DNA of 64,000 nt from the NCBI GenBank assembly GCA_028534125.1, contig CM052851.1, forward strand, positions 40,672,001 through 40,736,000, written 5' to 3'. Both the position numbers and the translations under genes were made by a program. Source of the stretch: Lama glama (taxonomy: Eukaryota). Shown in pieces: positions 1 through 12,000 of the stretch (positions are counted from its first letter, which is position 1; each line of letters opens with the position of its first letter). The notes beneath the pieces are model-generated. The model was not told the DNA's origin. It did no database searches and saw nothing but the letters and a program-made list of their open reading frames with translations.

Positions 1-329
1 TCACATCTGGAGAAAGACCCTCAGAATCCCAGTGCCCACATCAGGAGAGGATGCGCTCGGAGATGCCCTTCCTACCCTACCCATGCCCACCCTCACATAA
101 ACATTAAGGCACATGCAGCCCAGCCCCTCTCCCGCCCCACCCCAAACCTGGAGAGGACTCTGGGCTGGCCCCACTGTGTCCATTCATTCATTCATCCTTC
201 ATTCATGCATTGTCTTTAGAGAGGCCCATGGTGTGTCTAGCTGGGTACAGATAGTGCTGACCTGCTCCCACTGACTGCCTGTTTTGAAGTAATCTGACTG
301 TCTTTCTGCCTCCCTTCATGGCCAGATTT

Positions 330-1585
330 CTCTCCTGAATTGTCTGTATCTGCTGTGTTAATTTCTTCATCTTCATTCATCCTTCCATCACTCTAACCTG
401 GCTTCTGTCCCTCCCACTCCACTACAGCCAAATCTGGGGGACAGTCTCCAGTCTTCACCTTAATTCACTGCTCCTTCTTTCTTGAATCACTCTCTTCCCC
501 TGGTTCCCTTGATCCCACGCTCTCAGTCTCCCTCTCATCCCTCTGGGTTCTCCTTCACTCTTCACTCTCTGGCCCTCAGCCGTCTCATCCATCCTCATTG
601 CCTTCTGTGTCATTATTATGCCAGTGCTTCCGAGTCAATAACCAGCCCAGACCTGTCTCTTGAGCTCCTGTATTCTGTTCCTTACTTGACATCTCTACCT
701 GGGTATCACACAGGCACCTCAGACATAGCATGGCTAAAATGGAATGGCCCAAAGCAGCTGCTCAGCTTCCACTGTCTCTGGGTACAGCCCACCACCTGCT
801 CAAGGGGGAAACCTGGGAGTCCTTACTGCCGTTCCTTTCCCCTCTCACATCCAGTCCATCGTGATGTCCTTTTGACTCAGCCTCATAAGTGTTTCTCAGA
901 TCAGTCTACCTTTTTGCTTTTGGCTCTGCCAATACCCAACATCATCCTACCTGAAGAACTGGGGTAACCTCCCCAGTGGCCTCCCTGCTTCATCCCTAAC
1001 TCGTCTTCAATCCTCATAGTTGCCAGAGTAGCTTTTTATTTTTATTTTTATTTTTTGTGAATTGTATCATTTCCCTCCCAATTGGGTATAAAACCCAGAT
1101 TCTTAACATCAAGATCCTTTGTGATCTCATTCCACCCTGCCTGTCCAAACTCCCCTCTGGCCTTTTATTCCCTTCGCTCTAACCATATGGTCCTTACAGG
1201 TTCTCAGTGAGCCTTCTGCCTAAGAACCTTCCTTCATCCTCTTCCTTCAGCCAGCAATGATTTCCCTCCCTCACTCCCTGATGCCCCCACCCTCATCCCT
1301 ACCATTTTCCTTCTGTTCCTCAAAGTACTGCCTAAAAGTTTCCTGCTTGGAAAGACCTTCCCCAATCACTCAATCAAAAAAGAATTCTTTCTCATAGCAT
1401 CTTTTTCTTCTATATAGCACTGCCCTCCCCCAATTTGTACGTAGGTATTTATTTGTTTATTTACTTTAAAAATTTCTGCCACCACCTCCCCACCACAAGA
1501 ACAGTGACCATATCTGTCGTTTCTAACTCTATCCCCAGTGCCTGTACAAAGCAGGCACTTAATAAGTACTTGTTGAATTACTGAA
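330..1585 (+). mobile_element. L2 LINE fragment(s)
   Basis: Pyrimidine-rich L2 body ending in ctatccccagtgcctg..gcaggcacttaataagtacttgttgaat. Confidence 0.65.
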
Positions 1586-1587
1586 TT

Positions 1588-2360
1588 TAATTCAATAACT
1601 ATAAGCGAGTTCTTATGTCAGGCTCTGAGCTAAGTGCTAGGAATGAAAAAACAAAATACAATGCCCACCCTCAAGAACTCTGCATACAGTGGAGGAAGCA
1701 AAGAAATAATAATAAGATTATAGTATAGTGTATAAGGGTTTGGTATGGAGGAAATACAGGGTGCAGAATGATACAGAGGTGGAGCACTTAAGCCAGATGT
1801 CAGGAAATCAAGGAAGGCCTTCTGGAGGAAGTGACATTTACCTGCAGACCTGAAAGATAAGTGGAAGTCAACCAGACAAAGTGGGAGGGAGGTCTGGAAG
1901 AGGATCTCAGGCAGAGGGAACAGAATATGTGATGGCCCAGAAACAAAAGAGAACAAGGAGTTTTCCAGGAACTGACAAGAAACCAGTGTGACTGCTCACG
2001 GAATCATGAAACATGAGGTTTTAGAGGGAGGTATGGGCCAGACAAAGCTAAGCCTTGTTGACCAATTTAAGGAGTTTGGACTTTGTCCTCTGGACAATGG
2101 AGGACATTGAAAGAATTTAAATAGGGAGTTAGTGACAAGATGGAATCTGTGTTTTAGAAGCCTCATTCTCGCCACAAGAGGGATGGCACAGGCGAGGAGA
2201 CAAGGGCACCAGTTAGGAGGCTGTTGCTGTGTTGCTGGAGGGAGTTGGTGACAACTTGAACTGGGAGTGATATCTGTGCGGTTGGAGAAAAGGGGATAAG
2301 ATATTTGGGAGGCAGAACCCACAAGTCCTGGATGCTGAATGGATGTGGAAAAGAAGGGGA
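1588..2360 (-). mobile_element. L2 LINE fragment
   Basis: Reverse L2 3' region (tcaaggaaggccttctggaggaagtgacattt..gcagagggaacag..aggagtttggacttt..ggaggctgttgc). Confidence 0.65.
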
Positions 2361-2904
2361 CACCAGGCAGTGTGCTGTGAGGTGGGTAAGAGCACGGACA
2401 GAAGGGCTGCTGGTAGTCAGAGGAGACACACTCCGTCAGGAAGGTCTCCTGCGGGGGTTTGAGGGGAAGGCGAGGAGGCGAAGGGTGGGTGTGTCAGTGA
2501 AAGTGGGCACCCCGGTACCGTGCACTCGACACGCACTGTTGCAGATTCTCAAAACAACCATCTGAGGTGAGGATTACTTTTCCCATAACTGCAGATTAGG
2601 AGATTGAGGCTCAGAGAAGGTATATGAATTATCCAAGGTCCCACAGCTGGGAAGAGGCTGAGCTAGGTTTGAAATCCAATCTAACCCTTTGCTTTTATCC
2701 AGAGCTGTATCCTTGGAGTGGGAGTGGGGCACTCAGCCCACCTGCCTCACCCTGCTCCTTCCCTGGCGGGAGAAACGAGGCTAGTGCTCTGCCGGGGTTT
2801 TGAGTGGTGGGGATCAGGTGGTGAGAGGGAGCACTGGCTTCCCTGGAGCTGACCATCTCTCCGTACACAGGCCAGTGTGAATGGCAGGAGCATCCGTGGG
2901 CACC

Positions 2905-3035
2905 ATGGCGAAGAGGGAGGACAGCCCTGGTCCAGAGGTCCAGCCGATGGACAAGCAGTTCCTGGTGTGCAGCATCTGCCTGGATCGATACCGGTGCCCC
3001 AAGGTCCTGCCTTGCCTGCACACCTTCTGTGAGAG
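2905..3035 (+). CDS. TRIM3: TRIM3 first coding exon (RING N-half)
   Basis: [44 protein letters not shown]; acceptor cag|2871, Kozak caccATGG, donor AG|gtgag. Confidence 0.96.
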
Positions 3036-6000
3036 GTGAGGGCATGTGTACTGGGTAGGGATGAGGGCCTTGCAGGCCCCCTGGAGAAGGGAGTGATGTG
3101 TGTAAACCTGTAAGAGGTGAGGGAACTGTGTGTACATGTGGAAGGGAGCAGATGAACCCCAACCTGCAGAAGGTGAGTTTTAGATGCAAGAGCCTGTGAG
3201 AGGACCAGAGGTTCCTAACACTGGGCCATGCTCCCTGCCCAGAACAGGGCCATCTCTGCCTCTTCCCCATCCACAAGGCAGCCTTCAACCCCACCAGAGA
3301 AATCAGACAGAGCTGAGACCCTCAACCAGCTTTGGCACCAGAAGTCTGGGACCAGTGGGAGGATGTTCGAAGCTAGGTCTGTCCCCCAGGCTTCATTGTC
3401 ATCCTGAGCACTGAGTGAAAGGCAAGAAGCCTCTGGGCTTCTATCTGTTATTCACTCATTCAACAAATATTTATTTATCAAGCAACTATGATGTGTCAGA
3501 CCTGTCCCAGGTACTGGGCAGGCAGTGGTAAGCAAAACTAGATATGATCCTTGCTCTTAAAGAGCTTACAGTAGAGTGAAGCAGAAAGATAGTCATCAAA
3601 TCATCATACAGCCAGACTACAGATAACTGTCCTATTGCACCCTTAATGAGTGCTGCAGAGAAAGTGATAAGCAATGAGAGCTTAGCTGGGATCTGTTATA
3701 GGTTAGAGAACTGGGAAGGCTTCCCCGAGGTGCGATCCAGAGGCTGGCTGGGCGTTAACTAAATGAAGGGAGTAGTAGGAGCCTTCCAGGCAGGAGGCAG
3801 AACATAGGGAAGGGCCATGTGGTGTGAGGGACTGTGTTGGTCAGAGGTCCTGGAGGGAGCCCAACGAGGCTGGAGGGGAGCAAGCGTGGTGGAGCGTGGT
3901 GTGGGATGGAGCTGGAGAGCTGGGTGGAGGAGGCCAGACTGCAAGGGGCTTTGCAGACCTGTTGGGGCATTTGGCTCTTCCCCTGAGAGCCATGTGAAGC
4001 CTTTGCAGGGTTTTATGCATAATCACTTCTGTATTTTGACAGTATTCTCTCTGCAGCCCTCATCCCTCATTGCTGTCTCGAGGGTCCTGGTCCCTGGGTC
4101 CCTTCACTATCGCCTCCTCCCACGCCCTCCTCCCTTCACAGAGAGTGGGCTCGGCTGCCCTTCCAGCCCTGCTCTCTCAGATTCCAGCCCTACTGCTCTC
4201 TCCTCTTCATCTGGAAACAGCTTCAGCCTTCCTGCCTATTCCAAGTTCTTTCATCAGCCTGGTGACTTCACTACCCACTTAAGCCTCTCAGTTCTTGACT
4301 GTTTCTCCAGGGACATCCTCTGTGCCACCTGTCAGACTCTCTACCAGTGACAGTGTGGATCTTGCCATCACCCAGAATAACACCACTTCTTCTATGGTTA
4401 CAGACTCCAGTATCCCACTCCTGGCCCCCCTTGCCCCACTCTCACTACACCAGCTTTGGCTGGATGTAGACATCCAGCACCCTCGACTGCTCCCTCTTCT
4501 CCCAGCCATCAGCTCCCTCCTGGCCTCCCTTTCTTTCCTACCCATCCCTGATCCTATGGCGGACCACAAGCCACCACAATTCCTGCACACCTTTGTCCTT
4601 TTCTAAACCCACGCAGCAGAAGCTTGATCCTGGATCAGAGCCGTAATTGGACGTCTCTGCACCTTTTCCTACACTCAGATCACTGAGCACTCCTGGAGAA
4701 AATCAGTGCCTGAGAAATTACAATGATAGCTACCATGTATTGATTGCTTACTATTTGCCAGGGACTGGCTAAGTGATTTACACATATTGATTTACTTAAT
4801 CCTCACAACAGATACTTTATTATCCCCATTTTAGAAAGGAGGAAATTAGGGTTCAGAGTCATTAAGTAATTAAGAAATATTTCTAAGGCTCCATAGCAAG
4901 TAAATAGTCAAGGTTTGAATACAGGTTTGACTGCAGAGCCTTCTCTCTTAACTACTCATTCATTTATCCCTTGGTCCCTGCTCTCAAAGACTTATGCTCC
5001 AGTGGGCGGTGATGGACAGTAGGCAAGCTAATAACCAAACAGGAGAGTCACAGCTTGGGTTAAGTGTTTTGCAGGAAATAAACGGAGTAAGTGGGGGTCG
5101 TTGGGCCAGGGGCTAGTCTACGTAGAGTCATCAGGGAAGGCTTCCCCAAGGAGGTGACATTTGACCTGAGGATGAGAAGGAAACAGATGTACAGATTGTT
5201 CTAGGCAATGGGAACATCTTTGAACTGTTCCATGCAAAGGCCTTGAAGAAGTAGTAGGCAGGGCATGTTCAGAGACCAGAAGAGAAGCCAGCGTGACTGG
5301 GTGGAGAGGAAAGTGGGATGATGTGAGGTCCAAAAGAGTCAGAACAATTCATGAGGGAGTTTGGGGATTTGAGGAAGAGTGTTTGGGTTTTTAGTTAAAA
5401 AAAAAAAGTGTTTGGGTTTTTTTTCCTAAATGCAGTGGGAAACCACTGGAGCTTTTTTTTTTTTTTTTTTAAGCAAGGAAATAATGTGACACAAATTAGA
5501 TTTTTTTAAAGCTCACTCTGGCTGCTGTGTGGAGAACAGATTACAGAGATGCAAGAGTGAAAACAGGAAATCAGTTAGGAAACCATCCTAAGCCAAGTAT
5601 GCGCAACATATAGGAAGGAGATCTTGTTGACTTGGAAGGTATTTCACAGGGAAAACCCCAGGTTCAGCAAGCTGGGAAGAAAGCTACAGGGGAATGGAGT
5701 GGAATGGTTGAAGTGCAGATTTCAGAGTTGATGCAGTGACGGGTGATGAGACATGCGTGGTGCTCACGGGAGCATGGGAGTGGACAGCTGAGGTGAAGTG
5801 AAGGAAGAGCTCACAGTGGGGTGAGGAGGCTGAGGTACTAAAATCTTGATAGTGGTGGGGGGGTCACCCTATAGATGTCAGAGCCACTGAGCATGATGGC
5901 AGGAGGGTGTGTTAGTGGAGGTATGGATAATGGAAGAGAGTGCACCAGAAGAAAGACTTCAGCAAGGGGAGAAGCAGCCACGATGTCAGTGGAGACGATA

Positions 6001-9000
6001 TCAAGGAGGGGTGTTGGAGGCAGAAGGCACGAGCTTCCAGAGCCGAAGAAGAGGAAGAATTTAGAAGTGATCCAGTTGGGGGCGGGGAGGACTCAACCCC
6101 ACCTTCTGGCCCTGAGGAATGTGGAGTATGAGACGAAAACCACTCTAACCTCAAGGAGACTGCAGAGGAAACTAGGTCACAAAGAAGTTAATATTTGTGA
6201 AGCACTTAGAATCGTGCCTGGCACATAGTGTTGGTTAAATACATAAAAATTAATTAATTCAGATGGAGAGATGTAGAGAACTTTCAGAGAAGAGATAGAG
6301 GTCATGGGAAAGTTTGCACCATGCAGATCTTCCCTCCACAAGTTTGTAGTCTCTGAACACAGCTGCCGACAGCCTGTTTCTAGTAAGATTCCTCCCCTCC
6401 CTGTTCTCTGGGACCACCCCGCCCCTTTACTTTCAGCAGCTGATCTTGCCTGAGGCAAGCTAGGCATCCTCTACTTTTGCCCCCCTGTGCTCAAGTACAT
6501 CTACTTCTCTTTTCCCTTCCCTCCATCCAGAGGATGGGGTCCACTCCCCATCTTCAGGCCAGCCTGAGCCACTCTCCTATCCCCAGATCTTGTCCCATGT
6601 CTCTTAGTCTCCTCCCCCCTCCTCTACTCGTGCCTCAATTTATAAACATGCTCCATGTTCCCATTACACACAGATAAGAACTCCCCCTTGTCCCTTTGTC
6701 TCTCCCAGCTGCCAGCCAGTCCCTCAACCTCCTCAGTCAAACTGCCAACCTCCCATTCACTCCTCAACTGGGAACAGTGAGCCTGCCTTCCGCCACCACT
6801 CCACTCACTCTTTTCCTTACAGATAAAAGTACTCTTACAGTTGCCAAATTCAACGGGTATTTTCCAGTCCATCCGTTCCCTGACTCTTAGCTGCTTTTGC
6901 CGCTGACGACGACTTATTCTCTTCTTCTGGAACTGCATGCTCACTTTGCTGCCCTGACATTGTCTTTGCTTCTGCCTCTCTGCCCGTTCTTTGCTCTCCT
7001 CATTCAGTACTTGCTGAGTGCTCTGTCCTGCTCTAGGCACTGTATGCCCCTTCTTGGCGACCACATCCTCTCCCATGGCTACAGAGGTCATCTAAATGTT
7101 GATGACCTCTCCATCCTCATCTCTAACCTGGCTTCTTCCCAACTACTGGTCCCCTCTGCCCAGATGTCCCACTGTTTTAGTAAACTCAACCAGGTCAACG
7201 CTGAACTTCCCTATTAACCACTCCTCTTTCTATGTTTCTCATCATGGTGACTGTCACCACCATCCACTCAGTCACCTAAGCTAGGAATCTGGGAGGCAAC
7301 ACTCATCTCTCACTCCCCGTATCTAATCAAACAGCACCTCCTGCTGGCTGTACTTCTTAAATACTTCTCAAATTTGTTCCACCTTGGTCTTCTCAAATTG
7401 CTATTGCCTAGATCCAGGTCTGCCTCACCTCTTGCCTGGACTATTGCAAGAGTGTCTTGGTTAAGCACATGCTTTGCCTTGGGTCTGGCTCCAGTGCTCA
7501 GTAGCTTTGTAACCCTGGACCACTTACCCTTTCCGAGTCCATTAACAGAGTGCTTAATAAATGGCAGTTGGATGCTGGGGATGCTGCTGCTGCTGCCCCT
7601 TATCTGCTGTCTCATCACCTTCACCTTCACCCTCTGCGCAGAGGCAGTGAAGGGGAGTTTGATGAAAGTGTAGAGCTGGTGGTACCATGCTCCTGCAACT
7701 CCCTAGTGCTGTTGGGGTAACTTCTAAGCTCTTTGGTGTGGCCCAGGAGCCCTCCGTGAGCTGGCCCCTGACTCTCTCTCCAGACTTCTCTTACCATTCC
7801 TTGCCTTTGACTTGGTCTCCAGCCACCTCGAACTGCTTATAATTCCCTACCTGGAGGGTGCTTTATCTGACTACCTTCTGTATCTGGACACCCTGCCTCC
7901 TCTCCCTGCACCTTTCTTTGGCCAGACTAACAGTTATCTGTCCGTGAAGATTTTGCTTTTGTCACCTCCTTTGCAGCCCTTCCCTGGCTACCCTCTCTAC
8001 CCACCCTTGACCCAGTGCCCCTTCTGTGCATTTCCGTATCATTGCATCTACTGTATTCCTTACCTTAATGAGAAGTAACACTAATAGCCCACAATACATA
8101 GTGCTTTCTGTGAGTCAGGCACGTAAGCACTTTACATTTAATTATCCACATCTTGTAAAGCCTGTGCTGTCTCCGTCTTACAAAGGAAGGATCCTTGGCT
8201 CATAGAAGTTAAATACCTTGTCAGGGTTCACACAGTATAACAGGCGACCTGGGAACTGAACCCAGGCGTTCTAGCTCCAGGACCCATGCCTTTAATCATT
8301 ACATGTTCTCCTTCTATAAACTCTATTTCTGCAACTTTTTTTCTCTGTAGACTAGAAGTACTTTAGAGGTAGGCACTGTGGTTTATCTTTGTATCCCCAG
8401 AGCATGGCACAAATTTGGCAAGAGTAGGCAGTCAGTAAATGTTTAATGAGTTAGTGGGGTGGGGTGGGGGAGGGGCTACGCACATTTTCTGTGAGAAGGG
8501 TTTGTAAACACCTGTGAAAGGTGAACCCCTGTTTGTGCACACTGTGAGGAATGCGGATATATCTGCTCTTCTGAGAGACTTCAGGGATGTGTTTCCACTC
8601 AGATGTGATGAGTGAGGCCTTTTACACCTGCTGGTAAGACAAGATGCACGTGCCAACCAGAGGTTTCGAAATGAAGTGTAGCAGCACACCTGTGAGGAGA
8701 GGGATTGGCACCCATGGCAGGTGTGAGGACGGGTGCACGGACACAGCCCCACCCCTTCATTCCTTTGATTCCCCCTCCTCCCTGGCCAGATGCCTCCAGA
8801 ACTACATCCCTGCCCAGAGCCTGACGCTGTCTTGTCCAGTGTGTCGACAGACGTCCATCCTCCCTGAGCAGGGCGTCTCCGCACTACAGAACAACTTCTT
8901 CATCAGCAGCCTCATGGAGGCCATGCAGCAGGCACCTGATGGGGCCCACGACCCCGAGGACCCCCATCCCCTCAGCGCAGTGGCTGGCCGCCCCCTCTCC

Positions 9001-12000
9001 TGCCCCAACCATGAAGGCAAGGTGGGCCCAAGCAGGCCCAGTGAGGCCAGGACTTGGGGTGGGCGGGGAGGAGAGGTCGGGGGAGGGGCCGAGTGGCTGT
9101 GGGTGAGAGGGTGTTTCTCTGGATAAGCGGTCCAGGTAGGGGGACGCACCTGGAAGGGGAGAGGCGAGGAGGGCAGATGAGGGAGGAGAGGGGACAAAGA
9201 AGTTTGGTGTCTAGTCTTTGCCTGACTAGAGTCCTTATGCTGCCAGACGATGGAGTTTTACTGTGAGGCCTGTGAGACAGCCATGTGCGGGGAGTGCCGC
9301 GCGGGGGAGCACCGAGAGCACGGCACCGTGCTGCTGCGAGACGTGGTGGAGCAGCACAAGGCGGCCCTGCAGCGCCAGCTCGAGGCGGTGCGCGGCCGGT
9401 AGGCGCCTGGCGGGAACCCTGGCTGGTGGGGCCTTACGGGATGGTGTTTTAACAGGACAGGGGAGGGGTCCCGGGGAGGGAGAGACAAAATTCTCAGGGA
9501 GGGAAGGGGGGTCTCAGGGAAGGGGAGTCCTGGACGGCAGCAGTAGAGAGAAGGAATGGTTTGGTAAGGGCACCCTCAGGTGACCCCGGTATGAGATGCT
9601 TCCCCTCCCCAGACTGCCACAGCTGTCCGCAGCCATCGCCTTAGTAGGGGGCATCAGCCAGCAGCTGCAGGAACGCAAGGCCGAGGCCCTGGCCCAGATC
9701 AGCGCAGCCTTCGAGGACCTGGAGCAAGCGCTGCAGCAGCGCAAGCAGGCTCTGGTCAGCGACCTGGAGGCCATTTGTGGGGCCAAGCAGAAGGTGCGTC
9801 TGCCCACCCTATCCTACCACCGTCCATCATGAAATGGCTTTATTGCCTCCATGCTTCCCTTGCTTTCCACACCTGTGCATCCATCCCTAGTCTATAGTTT
9901 CTGCCTCCTGACGTGGCCCATAGGTGCTGTGGGCATCTCTGTCCCTTGTCCACTCTCACCCTCTTTTATTTTTTTCATGCCACAGTACTACAAGCTCAGC
10001 AGGAATTAGAGGCACTCACCTAAAATCCCCTCTCCACTCCCTGACCAGTCTGCTCACCCAGTCCTCCTGTAACCCCTCCTCAGGTGTTGCAGACGCAGCT
10101 AGACACGCTGCGCCAGGGGCAGGAACACATCGGCAGTAGCTGCAGCTTCGCAGAGCAGGCCCTGCGCCTGGGCTCGGCCCCAGAGGTGTTGCTGGTGCGC
10201 AAGCACATGCGAGAGCGGCTGGCAGCGTTGGCGGCACAGGCCTTCCCGGAGCGGCCCCACGAGAATGCGCAGCTGGAACTGGTCCTTGAGGTAGATGGGC
10301 TGCGGCGCTCGGTGCTCAATCTGGGAGCGCTGCTCACTACGAGCGCCACTGCGCATGAAACCGTGGCCACAGGCGAGGGCCTGCGCCAGGCGCTGGTGGG
10401 CCAGCCTGCCTCGCTCACCGTCACTACCAAAGACAAGGATGGGCGGCTGGTGCGCACAGGCAGCGCCGAGCTGCGCGCAGAGATCACCGCCCCCGACGGC
10501 ACCCGCCTGCCCGTGCCGGTGGTGGACCACAAGAATGGCACGTACGAGCTGGTGTACACGGCACGCACCGAAGGCGAGCTGCTCCTCTCGGTGCTGCTGT
10601 ATGGACAGCCGGTGCGCGGCAGCCCCTTCCGCGTGCGTGCCCTGCGCCCTGGGGACCTGCCACCTTCCCCCGACGATGTCAAGCGCCGCGTCAAGTCCCC
10701 CGGCGGCCCTGGCAGCCACGTGCGGCAGAAGGCAGTGCGTAGGCCCAGCTCCATGTACAGCACCGGCGGCAAACGGAAGGACAACCCCATTGAGGACGAG
10801 CTTGTCTTCCGCGTTGGTACAGAGGGCGAAGGGCAGAGCCAGATGAGGGTGGCACAGGCGGGAGTAGGGAACAGGGCGGGGCCAGAGGCTGAAAATGACC
10901 ACAGTGTGAATTTTTTAATTTCCATCCTATCTCTTCCCCACAGGCAGTCGAGGAAGGGAGAAGGGTGAATTCACCAACCTACAGGGTGTGTCTGCAGCCA
11001 GTAGCGGCCGCATAGTGGTAGCAGATAGCAACAACCAATGTATCCAGGTAAGCCCTCCCCCACCACCAAAATAAAGGTTTTCAAGTTACAGCTTCTTAAA
11101 AAAAAAGAGAGAGAGAGAGAGAGTATACAGGTCACCTCCTGAAAGATGAAACCCTACAGATAGGGTTCCTTAATGAGCAATGAATCATAGCACCACCTCT
11201 CACCCACCTACTTGCCACCCCTTCCTCACTGGCTGCGCAGTAACCAACATGTTCACAGCTAGGCACCAGGGTTGACCTTGCTGGCAGCCCCTACCTCCCA
11301 GGCTGTGGCTTAGACCCAACCAGCTCCTGGACCCCAAAGATCTGGTTCATTCTTCCTTCCCCTCTGCCTCCACATAAGCCTCCACCTGGCTGACTTACTT
11401 TCTCCCCTTTTCACCACCACATGGTCAGGATGCAGGCTCTGCCCTTCCCTGCTATCTTCCTACTGCCTGTGTGGCTCCAGAATGTGTGTTGTCTCTGTCA
11501 GTCTCTGCAGACATCCTGCTGACTAGACAGTCACATTGGGGTAACTTGTGAAAAGGGGCGCCTCCAGTGGCTAGACCATAGTGCAGTCTCATATGTGGTC
11601 CTGCCCCTGGCCTTCCCAGGGCCTCACACCCCTGAGTAAAGCACCCACCACATGAATGGACAGGCCTCTGCTGTACTTCCAGCTCCTTAAAGCCAGAAAA
11701 TGTTTTTTACTCTCTCTATTCACTGTCGTGAGCCTAGGAGCAGGCAGAGCCTAGTGGCGGGTGCCAGTGTGATAGACGCAGTACAGCAGGGAAAAGCTCA
11801 GGCTCTGAAACCAGACACCTGGGCTTGAATCCTAGCTCTGTCACTTACTGACAAGTCATGTGACACCTCCAAGCTTCGGTGAACTCATGTGTAAAATTAG
11901 GAAAAGAATACCTCATAGGGTTGCTGGGAGCACTGAGTGACATAATGTACCATGCCTGACACCTGGTGAGCCTTCTAATGTTAGCTGTTGTTGAAAATAT

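Noticed and set aside
10080-10925. Long antisense ORFs (281 and 267 aa)
   Set aside because: Shadows of the GC-rich TRIM3 exon; no independent coding signal
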